A stretch of 64,000 nt of DNA from Octopus vulgaris (taxonomy: Eukaryota), in NCBI GenBank assembly GCA_951406725.2, contig OX597830.1, forward strand, positions 23,188,001-23,252,000. Direction: 5' to 3'. Shown here in pieces: positions 12,471-25,544 of this stretch. A program made the position numbers and the translations under genes. Numbering within the stretch: position 1 is the first letter of the stretch; every line of letters begins with the position of its first letter. A model generated the notes under the pieces. It saw only the letters and a list, made by a program, of their open reading frames with translations. It had not been told where the DNA came from and did no database searches.

Positions 12471-12778
12471 TATACATGCATGTATGTATGTGGTACATAT
12501 ATGTGTGTGTGTGCAAGTATGTGTGTATATACACACACATACCATTAAGGATCTAAGTAAATTAAATATTTCTCCCCAACCCTCCCCTCCTTGCTCGTCC
12601 ACTCCCCCACCTCGTCTCTCCCTCTCTTCCTAACACCACTACCACTACTATTACTACGATGTTACATCTTATATTAAATTTTCTCACATGCTTCCTAAAA
12701 TATTACAAATACATTTATATATGTGTGTATATCTATCTATATATATATGGGTGTGTGTGTGTATGTGTATATATATAT

Positions 12779-12847
<69 letters not shown>

Positions 12848-12850
12848 AAC

Positions 12851-12892
<42 letters not shown>

Positions 12893-13248
12893 TCAGGTTT
12901 TCATTAAAAGTTTTGGCTATTTATGTCTTTATCGAATGGGACACCTAACATTACTCTCTTTACCTCTCGCTCCCTTTCTCTCTCCCCCTTATTGATCAAA
13001 ATCCCTGCCCGATATCATTCAACCAGTTAACCTCCACCCCCTCCACTTTCACAAGCAATAACTCCCATCAAACTTTCCTTTCTATCATCAAATTTTCACT
13101 CCTTTTTCATCTTTTCCCTTATTTTCTTTTTGCCTTTTTTTATTACTTATATTCCCCTGCTTTTTGTTCAATTATATATATCTTCTGTTCATTATTTTTT
13201 TTAAAAAGAAAATTTTGGTCTTTCACAGTACTAATATATTATGGTATG

Positions 13249-13293
<45 letters not shown>

Positions 13294-13495
13294 CTTATCT
13301 ATCTATCTACTTTATCGATCTAACTATCTATCTATCTACTTTATCTATCTATCTATTTATCTATCTATCTATCTGTCTGTCTGTCTATCTATCTACCTAC
13401 CTACCAATCTATCTTCATCCATAGGAATTTATATGCACATGTGATTGCAGTTCTTTTATGTATGTTTGGAATTACATGCCTTTGTTTTCTGAGTG

Positions 13496-13543
<48 letters not shown>

Positions 13544-13563
13544 ATAGATAGATAAATAGACAG

Positions 13564-13598
<35 letters not shown>

Positions 13599-14599
13599 AA
13601 TAGATAGACAGACAGAAAGACAGATATAGATATGAATGAAGAATAAACAGACACATGTATATATACTCATAAACACAATAAAACACAAACACACACACAC
13701 ACGTGCCTGTGTATGTGTGTATTCTTTGTTTTCATAGATATTAGTACAAATATTTGTATAAGAAAGAGTGGGTTGGTAGGTAAGCAGTTGTGATTTATAT
13801 GTCTATGGAAGTGCGAATGTGTTGTTCTTATACAGTATGTTTATGCAGATAGACCAATAACATGGGTCCGCCAATCCACGCGCACATATGCATGCACACA
13901 CATACAAAAATAAATATACACATCCTAGCTCACCATGCAATATATATATATATATAATATATATTATATATACACCCACTCAACAAAAGTTACTTAGCTG
14001 AATTTTGTTTAAATCATTCAAATTATGTAAGCACAAAATATGTTTTATTTTTCCTGTATAAGCCTGAATCCTGAGTCCCTTGGTTATAAGAGATAAGGTT
14101 GGATGGCAAATGTTGTGTCTGATGATGGCTATTGAGTCAGAAGCACGTCCAGGACTGTCCTCTTATTTCCAGACAATAAAACTGCCCTTTTCCTTAATGG
14201 CATATCAACTTTGGATAATTCTTGATTCTTTGGATCTGTCTGTCCGTCCATCCATCCATCCATCCATCCATCTACCCACCTGTCTGTCTATTTATTTATT
14301 TATTTATCTATCTAGCTAAATAGGTGTATGTATGGATAGATAGAAAGATAGATAGATTTCAAACAGATGGACAGACAAATGGAGGTAGACAGACAGGTGG
14401 ACAGACAGACAGACAGATAATTAGACAGAGAGCCGGACAATCAAGCAGATAAACAATCAGACAGACAGACAGACAGGGGCATATGCATGCACACAAGCAG
14501 AAGCACAGCTGTGTAGATACAGAGTCTGCTTCATCATTATGTAGTTCTTGGTTCATTCCCAATGTATGGCACACTAAATGAGGGCCAGCTAATAAAGGG

Positions 14600-15085
14600 C
14601 ACTTCTACATGGCATTGCATGAGCACTTTAATGTGACACTGCATGGGTGCTTTTACATGGTGTCACATGGGTGCTTTCACATGGCATCACAGAAGTGCTT
14701 GTATGTAATGCTACATGGGCGCCTTTATGTGGCGTTGCATGAACACTTTTACATGGCACTACATGGGTGCTTTTACATGGCACTGCATGGGGGCTTTTAC
14801 ATGGTACTGCATGGGTGCTTTTACATGGCACTGCATGGGTGCTTTTACATGGCACTACATGTGTGCTTTTACATGGCACTGCATGGGGGCTTTTACATGG
14901 TACTGCATGGGTGCTTTTACATGGCACTACATGTGTGCTTTTACATGGCACTGCATGGGGGCTTTTACAGGACGCTGAATGGACACTTTTATGTGGCATC
15001 ACACGGGTGCTTTTACATGGTATCACATGACCGCATTTATGTAATGCTGCATGGCGCCTTTATGTAACATCACATGGGCACTTTC
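14600..15085. repeat. 24-bp minisatellite (GCATGGGTGCTTTTACATGGCACT), about 20 units
   Basis: Direct inspection; 8-aa periodicity in the overlapping ORFs. Confidence 0.92.
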
Positions 15086-15089
15086 ATTC

Positions 15090-15470
15090 ATCTTTTCCTT
15101 ATTTCATTCAGTGAACTGTGGTCATGCTGGGGCACCACCTTCACAGGTGTAGTTGGACAAATAGTTCCCAGTACTTGCTTTTTGATTGTAAATCTGGCAC
15201 CGATTCTATCGGTCTCTTTTGCTGGACAGCTAAGTTACGAGGCTGTAAACAAACCAACACAGGTTGTCAAGCAACAGAGACAAACAGCAAGGACATACAC
15301 ACATGTAATGGGCTTCCACTCAGTTTCCGTAAACCAAATTTGTTTGACAAGGCATTGGTTGGCCTGTGGCTATAACAGTAGATGACACTAGCCCAAGATG
15401 CTGAGCTGTAGAAGAGAACCTGAAACTATGTGGCTGTTGAGCAAGCACCTTAATCACACAGCCATGCCTA
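15090..15470 (-). mobile_element. SINE family A, old degenerate copy
   Basis: CATGCTGGGGCACC, TTCTATCGGTCTCTTTTGC, ACAAGGCATTGG and CACACAGCCATGCCT blocks. Confidence 0.7.
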
Positions 15471-15479
15471 TGTCCACTG

Positions 15480-16020
15480 ATGGAGAAGACAGAAAGAGTA
15501 AGATGGGAGCAGAAAGCATGGGAAGGTGAGGAAGAAAGAAAGAGGAGAGCAAGGCATAGATAGATAGATAGATAGATAGATAGAGAGATTGATAGATAGA
15601 TAGAGAGAGAGAGTGTGAGAGAGTAAGGAAAAGAGAGAATGAAGGAGATAGATGAGAGGGGCTGGACAGATAGAGAATGGGGAGAGGTAGTGAAGGGAAG
15701 GGTAAGAGGGTGGAGAGAGGGATAGAGGTGGAGGGTAGATGGGAGAAAAGAGATAGAAAGGAGGAGGGGGAAAGAGGCAAGAGAGAGGAGGAGGAAGAGA
15801 AGCAAGGGTGAGAAAGAGGAGTGAGAAAGAGAGGGAGAGTAAAGAGAGGGGTAGAGGGTGGGCAGGCAAGAGGGAGAGAAGACAGAGAGAGGTAGGTGGG
15901 AGAGAGAGAAATGGTGGATAGGAGAGATAAGGAGATGTAGGAGAGAGGGGAAGCACAGGTGGGAGAGCGCAGGTGAGAGGGTGGGTAGGTAAGAGGGGGA
16001 GTGAACGGAGGTAGACCAGA
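15480..16020. repeat. Purine-rich (GA/GGA) low-complexity tract
   Basis: Strong purine bias on the + strand. Confidence 0.8.
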
Positions 16021-16416
16021 ACAGACCAGTGCAGGTTTGGGTATAAAGCACTTTGCACGCACAAACACGCACGCACACGCACACACACACAACACACCAC
16101 CACCAGCTTTCTGAGTCTGTCTGTGTGTCTATATGTCACTTGAGACAAACGACAGATGAGCAATTAGTGTGTTTATTGAGGCAAGGAATTGAACCAGCTA
16201 ACGCTTGGTAGAATTGCTATTACTATCAATGTTTCATTTACATTCACAGACCACACACACACATATATACATATACACATTCACATTGTACAAATATATT
16301 TACAAATTGATAACATACACATATACACGCTGACATGGATGCACTGATACACACAGAACATATAAATATATATATATATATATATAAATCATCATCATCA
16401 TCATCGTTTAGCGTCC

Positions 16417-16452
<36 letters not shown>

Positions 16453-16718
16453 ACGTGTATGTATGTGTGTGTTTGTAACAAAGTATGTGTGTGTGTGTAT
16501 GTATGTGTGTTTGTAATAAAGTATGTGTGTGTGTGTGTACGTGTTTGTAATAATGTGTGTGTGTTGATGTATACATGTGTCTGTGTAAATGTGTGAGCAT
16601 CAATTTGTCAGTAAGTGCACATGTTCTTAGCAGGTGTGTGTCGTGATGTTAGTGCAAGAATGCATGTGTATGTGTGGTATGTACGTGTGTGTGTGTGTGT
16701 GTATAGTATATATATGTA

Positions 16719-16749
<31 letters not shown>

Positions 16750-16854
16750 AAATGGCTACTACTGTCCACTCTGAACACATCCGACTGACCATGTTGGCAT
16801 AAATTGGCTGTACCAGATTTTAATGAGGCAATTTTCCACTGTAAACACATGTGT

Positions 16855-16911
<57 letters not shown>

Positions 16912-17370
16912 AACTCTCATTCAGTCAAGCAGCTTGGACCAACAAAGGAAGCCTCTACATGGTCGACTGACCTGCTAGAAAAAGCAGCCAAATCTCCCGA
17001 TCATATTATATCCTATTGCCTTCATATAGGACATGTGGTCAGTTCATGTGGTCCTGGGATCTCTTCAGAAAAGAAGAGCAATGGGATGGTTAAGGATGGA
17101 ATGCCTTTGATCATGTCCCAAGTCTACTCAATCAGGGTTGACCTGGGGTTATAGAACAACAATCTAGGTTAACTCAACCTACACATACATGCAAATATCC
17201 ACAGGCATAAAAATATACACACACATGTATACACACACACACACACACACACACGCACGCACTCACACACAGACTTAAATATGAAGAGAACTGACTAAGT
17301 GCCTTGTCATCTTGATTGAAACACTGATAATGTATAAAGAATAGAAATGCTACATTGAAAATCAGAACAA

Positions 17371-17790
17371 TATCATCATCATCATCATCATCATCAACTT
17401 CATCATTCCCCACCACCACCACCACCATCATCATCACTATCAGCATCATCATCATTATCATCACCATCGTCACCAATACCTTCATCATTGCCAACACCAC
17501 CATCACCACCACCACTATCATTACCATCATCACCACCACCTTCATCACTACCAACACCACCACAACCATCACGCACCACCACCACCACCACCACCACCAA
17601 CATCATTATCATCACCATCATCATGACTATCATCATTATCCCCACCACCACCATCATAATCCCCATCATCCCCCGCACCATCCTTGTCATCACCAGCATC
17701 CTCCTCATTACAGTCATCATCATCATCATCATCAACATCCTCATCACCACTGACCACACCACTGTCCATCATCATCAACATCAATAACGT
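17371..17790. repeat. (CAT/CAC)n low-complexity tract
   Basis: Degenerate trinucleotide run. Confidence 0.85.
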
Positions 17791-18259
17791 TATTGTTATC
17801 AATAATTGGCTGGACATCATCAATGTCGACCAATCAGTATAAATATTCATAGTTTCTATTTACATGTTCGCCAAAGGGAGGATGGTCACCGCCTTTGACC
17901 TTCAGAGGTCACGCTTTCAAAGTGGCAAAATGAAAAGCTACAGGACAAAAAAAAAAAAATAATGGGGGGGGGTAGAGGGAGACATAGCTGTTTGGTTAAG
18001 AAGCCTGCATTATAACTACATGAAGCAAACTTCCTTAAGGGTTCTGCCCCACTGTGCAGTACCCTGGTTAAAAAGCCTACTAGAACACCAAACTGGTCAA
18101 TGCCATGTGAGTGAATTTAGTAGGATTTAATGCTGGATTCTGCTTATTAATTAAATTTGATATAATTAAATCTGATATATTTACATCATTGTTACATAAT
18201 TTACATATATGGTGTATGTCTCTGTGTATATATGTATTTGGCTATGTCTACCAATGCCA

Positions 18260-18323
18260 TCACAGAACCAGACTAGAGCCAAGTTCAACAGGGTCTTCTT
18301 TCCCCACTGATCTGTCCAAGCCC
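18260..18323 (-). pseudogene. Short diverged 28S (LSU) rRNA fragment
   Basis: Minus strand reads GGGCTTGGACAGATCAGTGGGGAAAGAAGACCCTGTTGAACTTGGCTCTAGTCTGG, matching the conserved eukaryotic LSU sequence GGGCTTGG..AATCAGCGGGGAAAGAAGACCCTGTTGAGCTTGACTCTAGTC (recalled from memory). Confidence 0.85.
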
Positions 18324-18428
18324 AATTATATTTGACATTAACCCTTTCGTTACCAACCCGGCTGAATCTGGCTCTTTAGTATAAATGTCTTGTTTTCATA
18401 AGTTTTGAATTAAAATCTTCCACCAAGG

Positions 18429-19022
18429 CCGTCTTTGCCTATCATCCTTTTGGGGTCAATAGATTATATACCAGTGAAATACTGGGTTGATGTAATCGAC
18501 TAGTTCCCTCCCCACAAATAATTGAAGACCTTGTGTCTCCAGTAGAAAGGATTATTATTATAATTATTATTATTATTATTAAGGTGGAGAGGTACCAGAA
18601 TCGTTACCATGCCGGACAAAATGCTGCTAAGTATTTCCCACCTGTACGTTCTGAGTTCAAATTCCGTTGAGGTCGATTTTGTTATTCATCCTTTATAGAT
18701 TATATACCAGTGAAATACTGGGGTTGATGTAATCGACTAGTTTCCTCCCCACAAATTTGAGACCTTGTGTCTCCAGTAGAAAGGATTATTATTATTATTA
18801 TTATTATTAAGGTGGAGAGCTACCAGAATAGTTACCATGCCGGACAAAATGCTGCTAAGTATTTCCCACCTTTACGTTCTGAGATCAAATTCCGTTGAGG
18901 TCGATTTTGTTATTCATCCTTTAGGGATTGATAAAATAAGTACCAGTTGAGTATTGGGGGGGGGGGGGGATCGATGTAATTGTCTTATACCCACCCTGAA
19001 AATGCTGGCCTTGTGCCAAGAT
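18429..19022 (+). mobile_element. Head-to-tail SINE B array containing a tandem duplication of about 230 bp
   Basis: 18459-18694 and 18695-18922 are near-identical, with (ATT)n linkers. Confidence 0.85.
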
Positions 19023-19574
19023 TTTTCCTGACCAAAACTTGTGTGACTGGAATGCCCAATGACCACACCATTGTTATCCATTATTATCAACATTGTTAGT
19101 ATTATTGGTGTTACCTATCCAATCACCCATCCAGTGTTTTACATCCGGGTTCTGTCCCTGTTAACAGGAGTGGCTGGATCTACCTCAATGCCATAGCAAC
19201 CGAGGTAGGCCGGTGCAGCCCACCCCAACCTTTAGGCTGGCTGGTGCCCATTCTCCTTTGCTATCATGAGGCTTTTTGGAGCTGGATTTTCTATGGGGAG
19301 CATTCTCTTACTTACCCACCAACCTCAGTTTCTAGACACGAGTGGTCCCAAGACCAAGTCTTTTACCACGATTTTTAAGAAATGTAGTGGAAGACTAGCT
19401 CAGGAAGGCAGGGACGCTACTCTCTGAAACCCCTTTCAGAGACCTCCCCCCAAACAAGTGGTGTGAAAATATGTCCAGAAATAAGAGAAACATTAACTTG
19501 TTTGAAAACAGGTGAGAGCTGGCAACAGAAAAGATTTCTAGCCATTCTTCTACTCTTTTACACATTTACACATT

Positions 19575-19788
19575 TCAGTCATTTTCACTGTGGCCATGCT
19601 GGAGACCACCTTAAAGGGTTTTAGTCAAAGAAATCAACCCCAGGACTTATTCTTTGTAAGCCTAGTACGTATTCCATCAGTCTCTTTTGCCAAACTGCTA
19701 TGTGATGGGGACATAAACACACCACCATCCATTGTGAAGCAATCGTAATGGTGGTGGTGGTGGTGCAAATAAATATAAACACACACAC

Positions 19789-19845
<57 letters not shown>

Positions 19846-20250
19846 TATATATGACAGGCTTCTTTCAGTTTCTTATTTCTTTAATGCCTACAAGGGGCTA
19901 AACATAGAGGGAACAAACAAGGACAGACAAAGGGATTAAGTCGATTACATCAATCCCAGTGCATAACTGGTACTTAATTTATCGATCCCGAAAGGATGAA
20001 AGGCAAAGTCGACCACGGCGGAATTTGAACTCAGAACGTAACGGCAGACGAAATAGCGCTAAGCATTTCGCCCGGCGTGCTAATGTTTCTGCCAGCTCAC
20101 TGTCTTTCAGTTTCTGTCTACCAAATCCACTCACAAGGCTTTGGTCAGCCCAAGGCTATTATAGAAGACACTTGTCAGTGGTGTCACACAGTGGGACTGA
20201 ACCTGGAACCATGTGGTTGGGAAACAAGCTTCTTACCACACAGCCATGCT
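19575..20250 (-). mobile_element. SINE family A interrupted by a SINE B insertion
   Basis: Family A sequence resumes at 20103 after the insert. Confidence 0.85.
19874..20102 (-). mobile_element. SINE family B inserted into SINE A
   Basis: 13-bp TSD TCTTTCAGTTTCT at 19861-19873 and 20103-20115. Confidence 0.92.
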
Positions 20251-20566
20251 ATAGTAACTTTATCTCAACAAATTCCATTTAACCCATGCAGAGAGGGAAA
20301 AATGGACAATGAAATATTCATGATGATGATGATGATATTTAACACATAAATATAATCTTAATTCTTTTAAATTTTGTGTTGATTATTTTATAATTCTCAG
20401 AGCTGTTTCTCATTAAATTTTTTTTAAAAAAGCGACATATTCCTTTTCTTTTCTTTTGTAACTTTCACCATTCTAATTAGTGACTTGAGGGTCTGTTTTA
20501 TTGCTCGTTTTTTGCAATCTAATTGGAAATGACTTCCAATATTCTTTCCATTTTAAATTTTTTAAC

Positions 20567-20709
20567 AGGAGTGGCTGTGTGGTAAGTAGCTTGCTTACCA
20601 ACCACATGGTTCCGGGTTCAGCCCCACTGCATGGCACCTTGGGCAAGTGTTTTCTACTATAGCCTCGGGCGGAGTGGATTTGGTAGATGGAAACTGAAAG
20701 AAGCCCGTC

Positions 20710-20758
<49 letters not shown>

Positions 20759-20973
20759 CGTATATGTTTGTGTGTCTGTGTTTTCCCCCCACCCCAACAT
20801 CACTTGACAACCGATGTTGGTGCGTTTACGTCCCTGTAACTTAGCGCTTCAACAAAAGAGTTCAATAGAATAAGTACTAGGCTTACAAAGAATAAGTCCT
20901 GGGGTCGATTTGCTTGACTAAAGGCGGTGCTCCAGCATGGCCACAGTCAAATGACTGAAACAAGTAAAAGAGA
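20567..20973 (+). mobile_element. SINE family A, full length
   Basis: Family A head, microsatellite and tail all present. Confidence 0.9.
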
Positions 20974-21260
20974 GGTTCTTAATATTGGGGTTCATACAAG
21001 ATTTTGTGGTAAAAATTTACAAGCAATAAATTGATTAAATTTCTACAATACACAAAATAGTTTCACAACTCTTTTAGTACAATTCCTAATAATATTTAAA
21101 TACAAAGATATAATGGGAATTTTTAAACATCAATGAGGGTCTAGCTGAGTAAAATAATAATCAAAGGGGACCCTGGACAAAAAATGGTTGAGGACCACAA
21201 GTTTAGAACAAAAATAAAAAGGAAAGAAAGGAATGATAAGACTAATATATAAGTCTATAT

Positions 21261-22167
21261 CAGTAGTTCTCAACCAAGGTCCGTATGACCCCTGAGGGAC
21301 CATATAAGATTTTTGGGGGTTCATGCAAGCAAAGGAGTAACTTAGGGATCCTCCGTAGTATTTTAAAGATCTTTCAAAAAAAATTTTGCATTAGAAGTAT
21401 TTATTGCAAGAACTAGGGTTTTTTTTTCTCTAACAGTTCGTATAAAATTTTTGGGGGCCCATGCTAGCAGAGGAGTAAATTGAGGATCCTTGGTAGTATT
21501 TTAAGGGTCCATGAAAAAAATGTTGCATTAGATATATTTATTGCTAGAAACAACTAGGTTTCTTTCTCTAACGGTCCATATAAGATTTTTGTGGGGTCCG
21601 TGCAAGCAAAGGAGTAACTTGGGGATCCTCTGTAGTATTTTAAAGATCCTTGAAAAAAATTTTGCGTTAGATGTATTTATTACAAGAAACACCTAGGTTT
21701 CTTTCTCTAGCGTTTTACATAGTTCAACATGTGTCTAACCCAGTGCTTTTCAAACTTTTTGCTGGAGTGGAACCCCAAGGAAACATTCCACTGGCTTGAG
21801 GAACCCCTGTGCAATAATTTAATAGTCTTATGCACACATATCTGCACAGGAGACTTAAAAATTACTGACGATTTTAGCAGTTTTGTAACTTCCTGCGGAA
21901 CCCCTGGACTGTACTGGCGGAACCCTAAGGTTCCACGGAACCCTGGTTGAAAACCACTGGTCTAGCCATTGAAACATTCTTACCATTGTTCTCTTTGTGA
22001 GTGCTATTGCAAACTTACACAAGTGAATGTGTGAGGAACAAAACAAGAATTTTGAAAGAAGTAGCTATAAAACTAGTTTGTGAACATCAAGAGTTTATGA
22101 TGAAGGCCCACCAGAGTAAAACAGTAACCAAAGGGGTCCATAGGTATAAAATAATTGAAAACTATAG
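21261..22167. mobile_element. hAT MITE with an internal triplication and a nested MITE
   Basis: Left TIR CAGTAGTTCTCAACC, degenerate right TIR, 8-bp TSD GTCTATAT at 21253-21260 and 22168-22175. Confidence 0.85.
21741..21959. mobile_element. Nested hAT MITE
   Basis: TIRs CAGTGCTTTTCAA / TTGAAAACCACTG; TSD GTCTAACC / GTCTAGCC. Confidence 0.88.
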
Positions 22168-22619
22168 GTCTATATTCACAAGCAAAATGTGAGTGGGAGG
22201 GTCTAAGTAAAATAAAGTGAAACCCATGACAATTTAATAACCACTTCTATTTATATAACAACTGGAGACCAGTCAGACAGAAACAGCCTGAAGAATAACA
22301 GTGGTTGAGAATAGGACTTGTGTGACTCTTGAGTAGAATGCTTACTCACTCACAATATACCCTAAAATACCAACTTGACTAATAACACTCCTGAGGATGG
22401 CCAAGGGTGTGGTCGAAAAAAAAAAACATTTCATATTCTCAAGGGTAGCAGACTTTTTTTTTTGTTCCCTGCACTCTAATAACAGATGTTTAAATCTATA
22501 TGTAGAACAACAAAGAACAACAAAAAAGGAATTCTTGGTTATAAAAATGAATGAATTAATATGCACTTGCAAATATAACCAATCGTAATATTAAGAACGC
22601 AAGCTTAAATATACATATA

Positions 22620-22665
<46 letters not shown>

Positions 22666-22667
<2 letters not shown>

Positions 22668-22875
22668 CGGAAGCTTTATGAAAATAAACAAAAGACGAAG
22701 GCAGGTGGAATACAAACAAACAATTGTATTAGTATGGTGCTCAGGAATATAAATAAAACAAGTCTTTTACGTTTCGAGCCTACGCTCTTCAACAGAAAGA
22801 TACACAGAAAAGAAACACGGAGAGAAACAAGGAGAGAAAAAAAATGCGTGCAGAAGCTAGCGAATCAACATGGCG
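22666..22875 (-). mobile_element. PLE terminal-repeat-like element inserted in (TA)n; near-identical copy at 48921-49125, degenerate copy at 40455-40590
   Basis: Three related copies, each carrying a hammerhead-like motif on the minus strand. Confidence 0.65.
22763..22800 (-). ncRNA. Minimal type I hammerhead-like motif, variant core CUGUUGA
   Basis: UCUUU-CUGUUGA-A-GAGC-GUAG-GCUC-GAAAC-GUA-AAAGA; stems I and II pair perfectly. Confidence 0.6.
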
Positions 22876-22883
22876 ATCTGGCG

Positions 22884-22954
<71 letters not shown>

Positions 22955-23869
22955 TTGTGTGTGTATGTATATATAGTTTCAAAGCAAACTTGCAGTTTTG
23001 TTCAGCTAGTTTTGAAGTGTGTGTGTGTGTATACACATATACACTCAGACACACGTATATGCATACATAAGCATTAATATATATATATGGATGTTCATAT
23101 ATATATATTTATATATATACATACATATATATACAAATATATAAAACATACACACACAAACAAACATATATATATATATATATGATATACACAGATATAT
23201 ATATATATATATACATGCATACGCACACACATTTATGTCTGTGTGCACACACCCACATACATACACTCATGTATACCAGAGTTTTTTAATATCATCTGGC
23301 AATGGTTCATTAGAAAAACTATACAGTGACTGTTGATTGAAAGTCAAGTTGGGTGGGCGAGGGTAGAAAGGGGTTTGAACTGTTTTGTCACAGCCGGAAT
23401 CTACTTGTTCTTTTCTTTCCTTTGTTTACTATCTAAATATAACATATACACATTTATAAAGCACCTGTACCTATCCACACACACATACACACACTTACCC
23501 ACATGCATACACACGTTCCCAAATGCACACACACATACGAACACACGTACACATGGTGACCAAAGAAGCACACACATACGGCTAGATGTGAGTGCATGTG
23601 TATGCATGAGAGTGAGAGAGAGAGAGAGAGTGTGTGTGTGTGTGTGCGTGTGTGTGTAGACATACAGGCACACACATAACTATGCTTATATTTACACATA
23701 TTTACATAAAGCATAGATATACACTGACTAAAAAACATGCTACAAAAAACACCTCTATATGCATATGTATATATTTATATACATATACATACATACATAT
23801 ATATGTATACATATGTATATATATACATACATACATACATACATATACACATATACCTATACACACCCT

Positions 23870-24061
23870 CGTGCCGGTGGCACATAAAAGCACCTACTAC
23901 ACTCTCGGAGTGGTTGGCATTAGGAAGGGCATCCAGCTGTAGAAACTCTGCCAGATCAAGATTGCAGCCTGGTGCAGCCATCTGGTTCGCCAGTCCTCAG
24001 TCAAATCGTCCAACCCATGCCAGCATGGAAAGCGGATGTTAAATGATAATGATGATGATGA
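23870..24061 (+). mobile_element. Family C, well-preserved copy
   Basis: GTGCCGGTGGCACATAAAAGCACC...GGAAGGGCATCCAGCTGTAG...(GAT)n. Confidence 0.85.
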
Positions 24062-24062
24062 T

Positions 24063-24093
<31 letters not shown>

Positions 24094-24903
24094 CATACAT
24101 TATATATATACATACATACATCACACACATACATATACATACCAACATACACACACATACATATACATACATATATTTACATACATACATAAATACACAT
24201 ACATACTTATATATATGAGAGTGTGTGAGTAAAAGAGTGTGTGTGAGAGTGTGCGTGAGTGTATGCATACAACAATACACACCCACATAGACACACAAGA
24301 ACATTTTTCTAACAAGCACACATATCAACACAACCCACATACATACCATGCATACACACACACACACACACACATACACACGTGTTAAAAGCATAGACAC
24401 ACAGTAAATGCGTTTGAAGGAAGCCATCCATTGTTCTTAGTGTAAACTTAAAGAATGGTTCTGTTCAGTTCTAAAGATGATGGTAAACATCTAGAGGCAG
24501 CATCTATAAACTGTAGTCTATTATTGGCATTGTTCTTCTTCATCACCACCAACATCAAGATAAACTTTGTTATCTGCATGATGAAGACGACGATGATGAT
24601 GGAAATGATGTTGATGGTGATATAAATCATCTTTATCATTCAAATTGATATCGTTAGCTAGTATTACTACCATTTACTAATAACACACAAAACGTTACTA
24701 AATAAATATATGACCATCACAACAGTAATGCAAGAACAGTGATGACAGTACTGACATTAATAGCGATGATGATGATAATTCTTTCTACTATAGGCACAAG
24801 GCCTGAAATTTTGTTGGCAGGGTCTGGTCAATTATATTGACCCCAGTGCTCACGTGGAACTTATCTTACTGACCCTGAAAAGGTGTTGATAAAAAACAAC
24901 AAC

Positions 24904-24948
<45 letters not shown>

Positions 24949-24949
<1 letters not shown>

Positions 24950-25419
24950 GTATAAAAGATGGGCTGCAGCAAATATTCTGCTCAATACCACAGATTTGCT
25001 TGTCGGTTGTTTGACCTTAACCAGTTGAGCATGTCCCTTAGTGGCTGACAATATGTGCATCTCTCATCACGAGCAGAAGTAGTGGGGGAGCATCATAGCC
25101 GTGTGTTGAAAAGAATTCTTAGAGGTTTGGATAATTCACCTCTGGAAACACGGGTGTTTCATTCAACATCCTTAAACAACCCTTATTCGGGGACCTTTCG
25201 AGCAGGATGGGTTACTCAACCAGAAGAAAATTCTAACTGGGCCCCACCTGCAAGGTCATGTGCTGTTTATCTTGATATGAGATCCCCCATGTCGCACACA
25301 TATGGTTGTGATGCATGTGCCTGGTGTACCCTTATCAGATGGGTAGTCATGATGGGTATACTGGGCTTCGTATATTTTACCCCAGTGTCACTTTGATGGC
25401 ATGCACTGCTCTCTCACTC
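24949..25419. mobile_element. Non-coding segment of about 470 bp embedded in an (AAT)n microsatellite, probably an inserted element
   Basis: Higher-GC complex sequence flanked directly by (AAT)n on both sides. Confidence 0.55.
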
Positions 25420-25456
<37 letters not shown>

Positions 25457-25498
25457 GCATTTCACTTGGTGTGCTAATGATTTTGCTGGCTTGCTACC

Positions 25499-25542
<44 letters not shown>

Positions 25543-25544
<2 letters not shown>

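Noticed and set aside
15320-16163. ORFs of 213-256 aa on the minus strand
   Set aside because: Low-complexity pyrimidine tract open in all three frames
22870-22950. TGGCGA repeated within (TA)n
   Set aside because: Trivial slippage or a local assembly artefact
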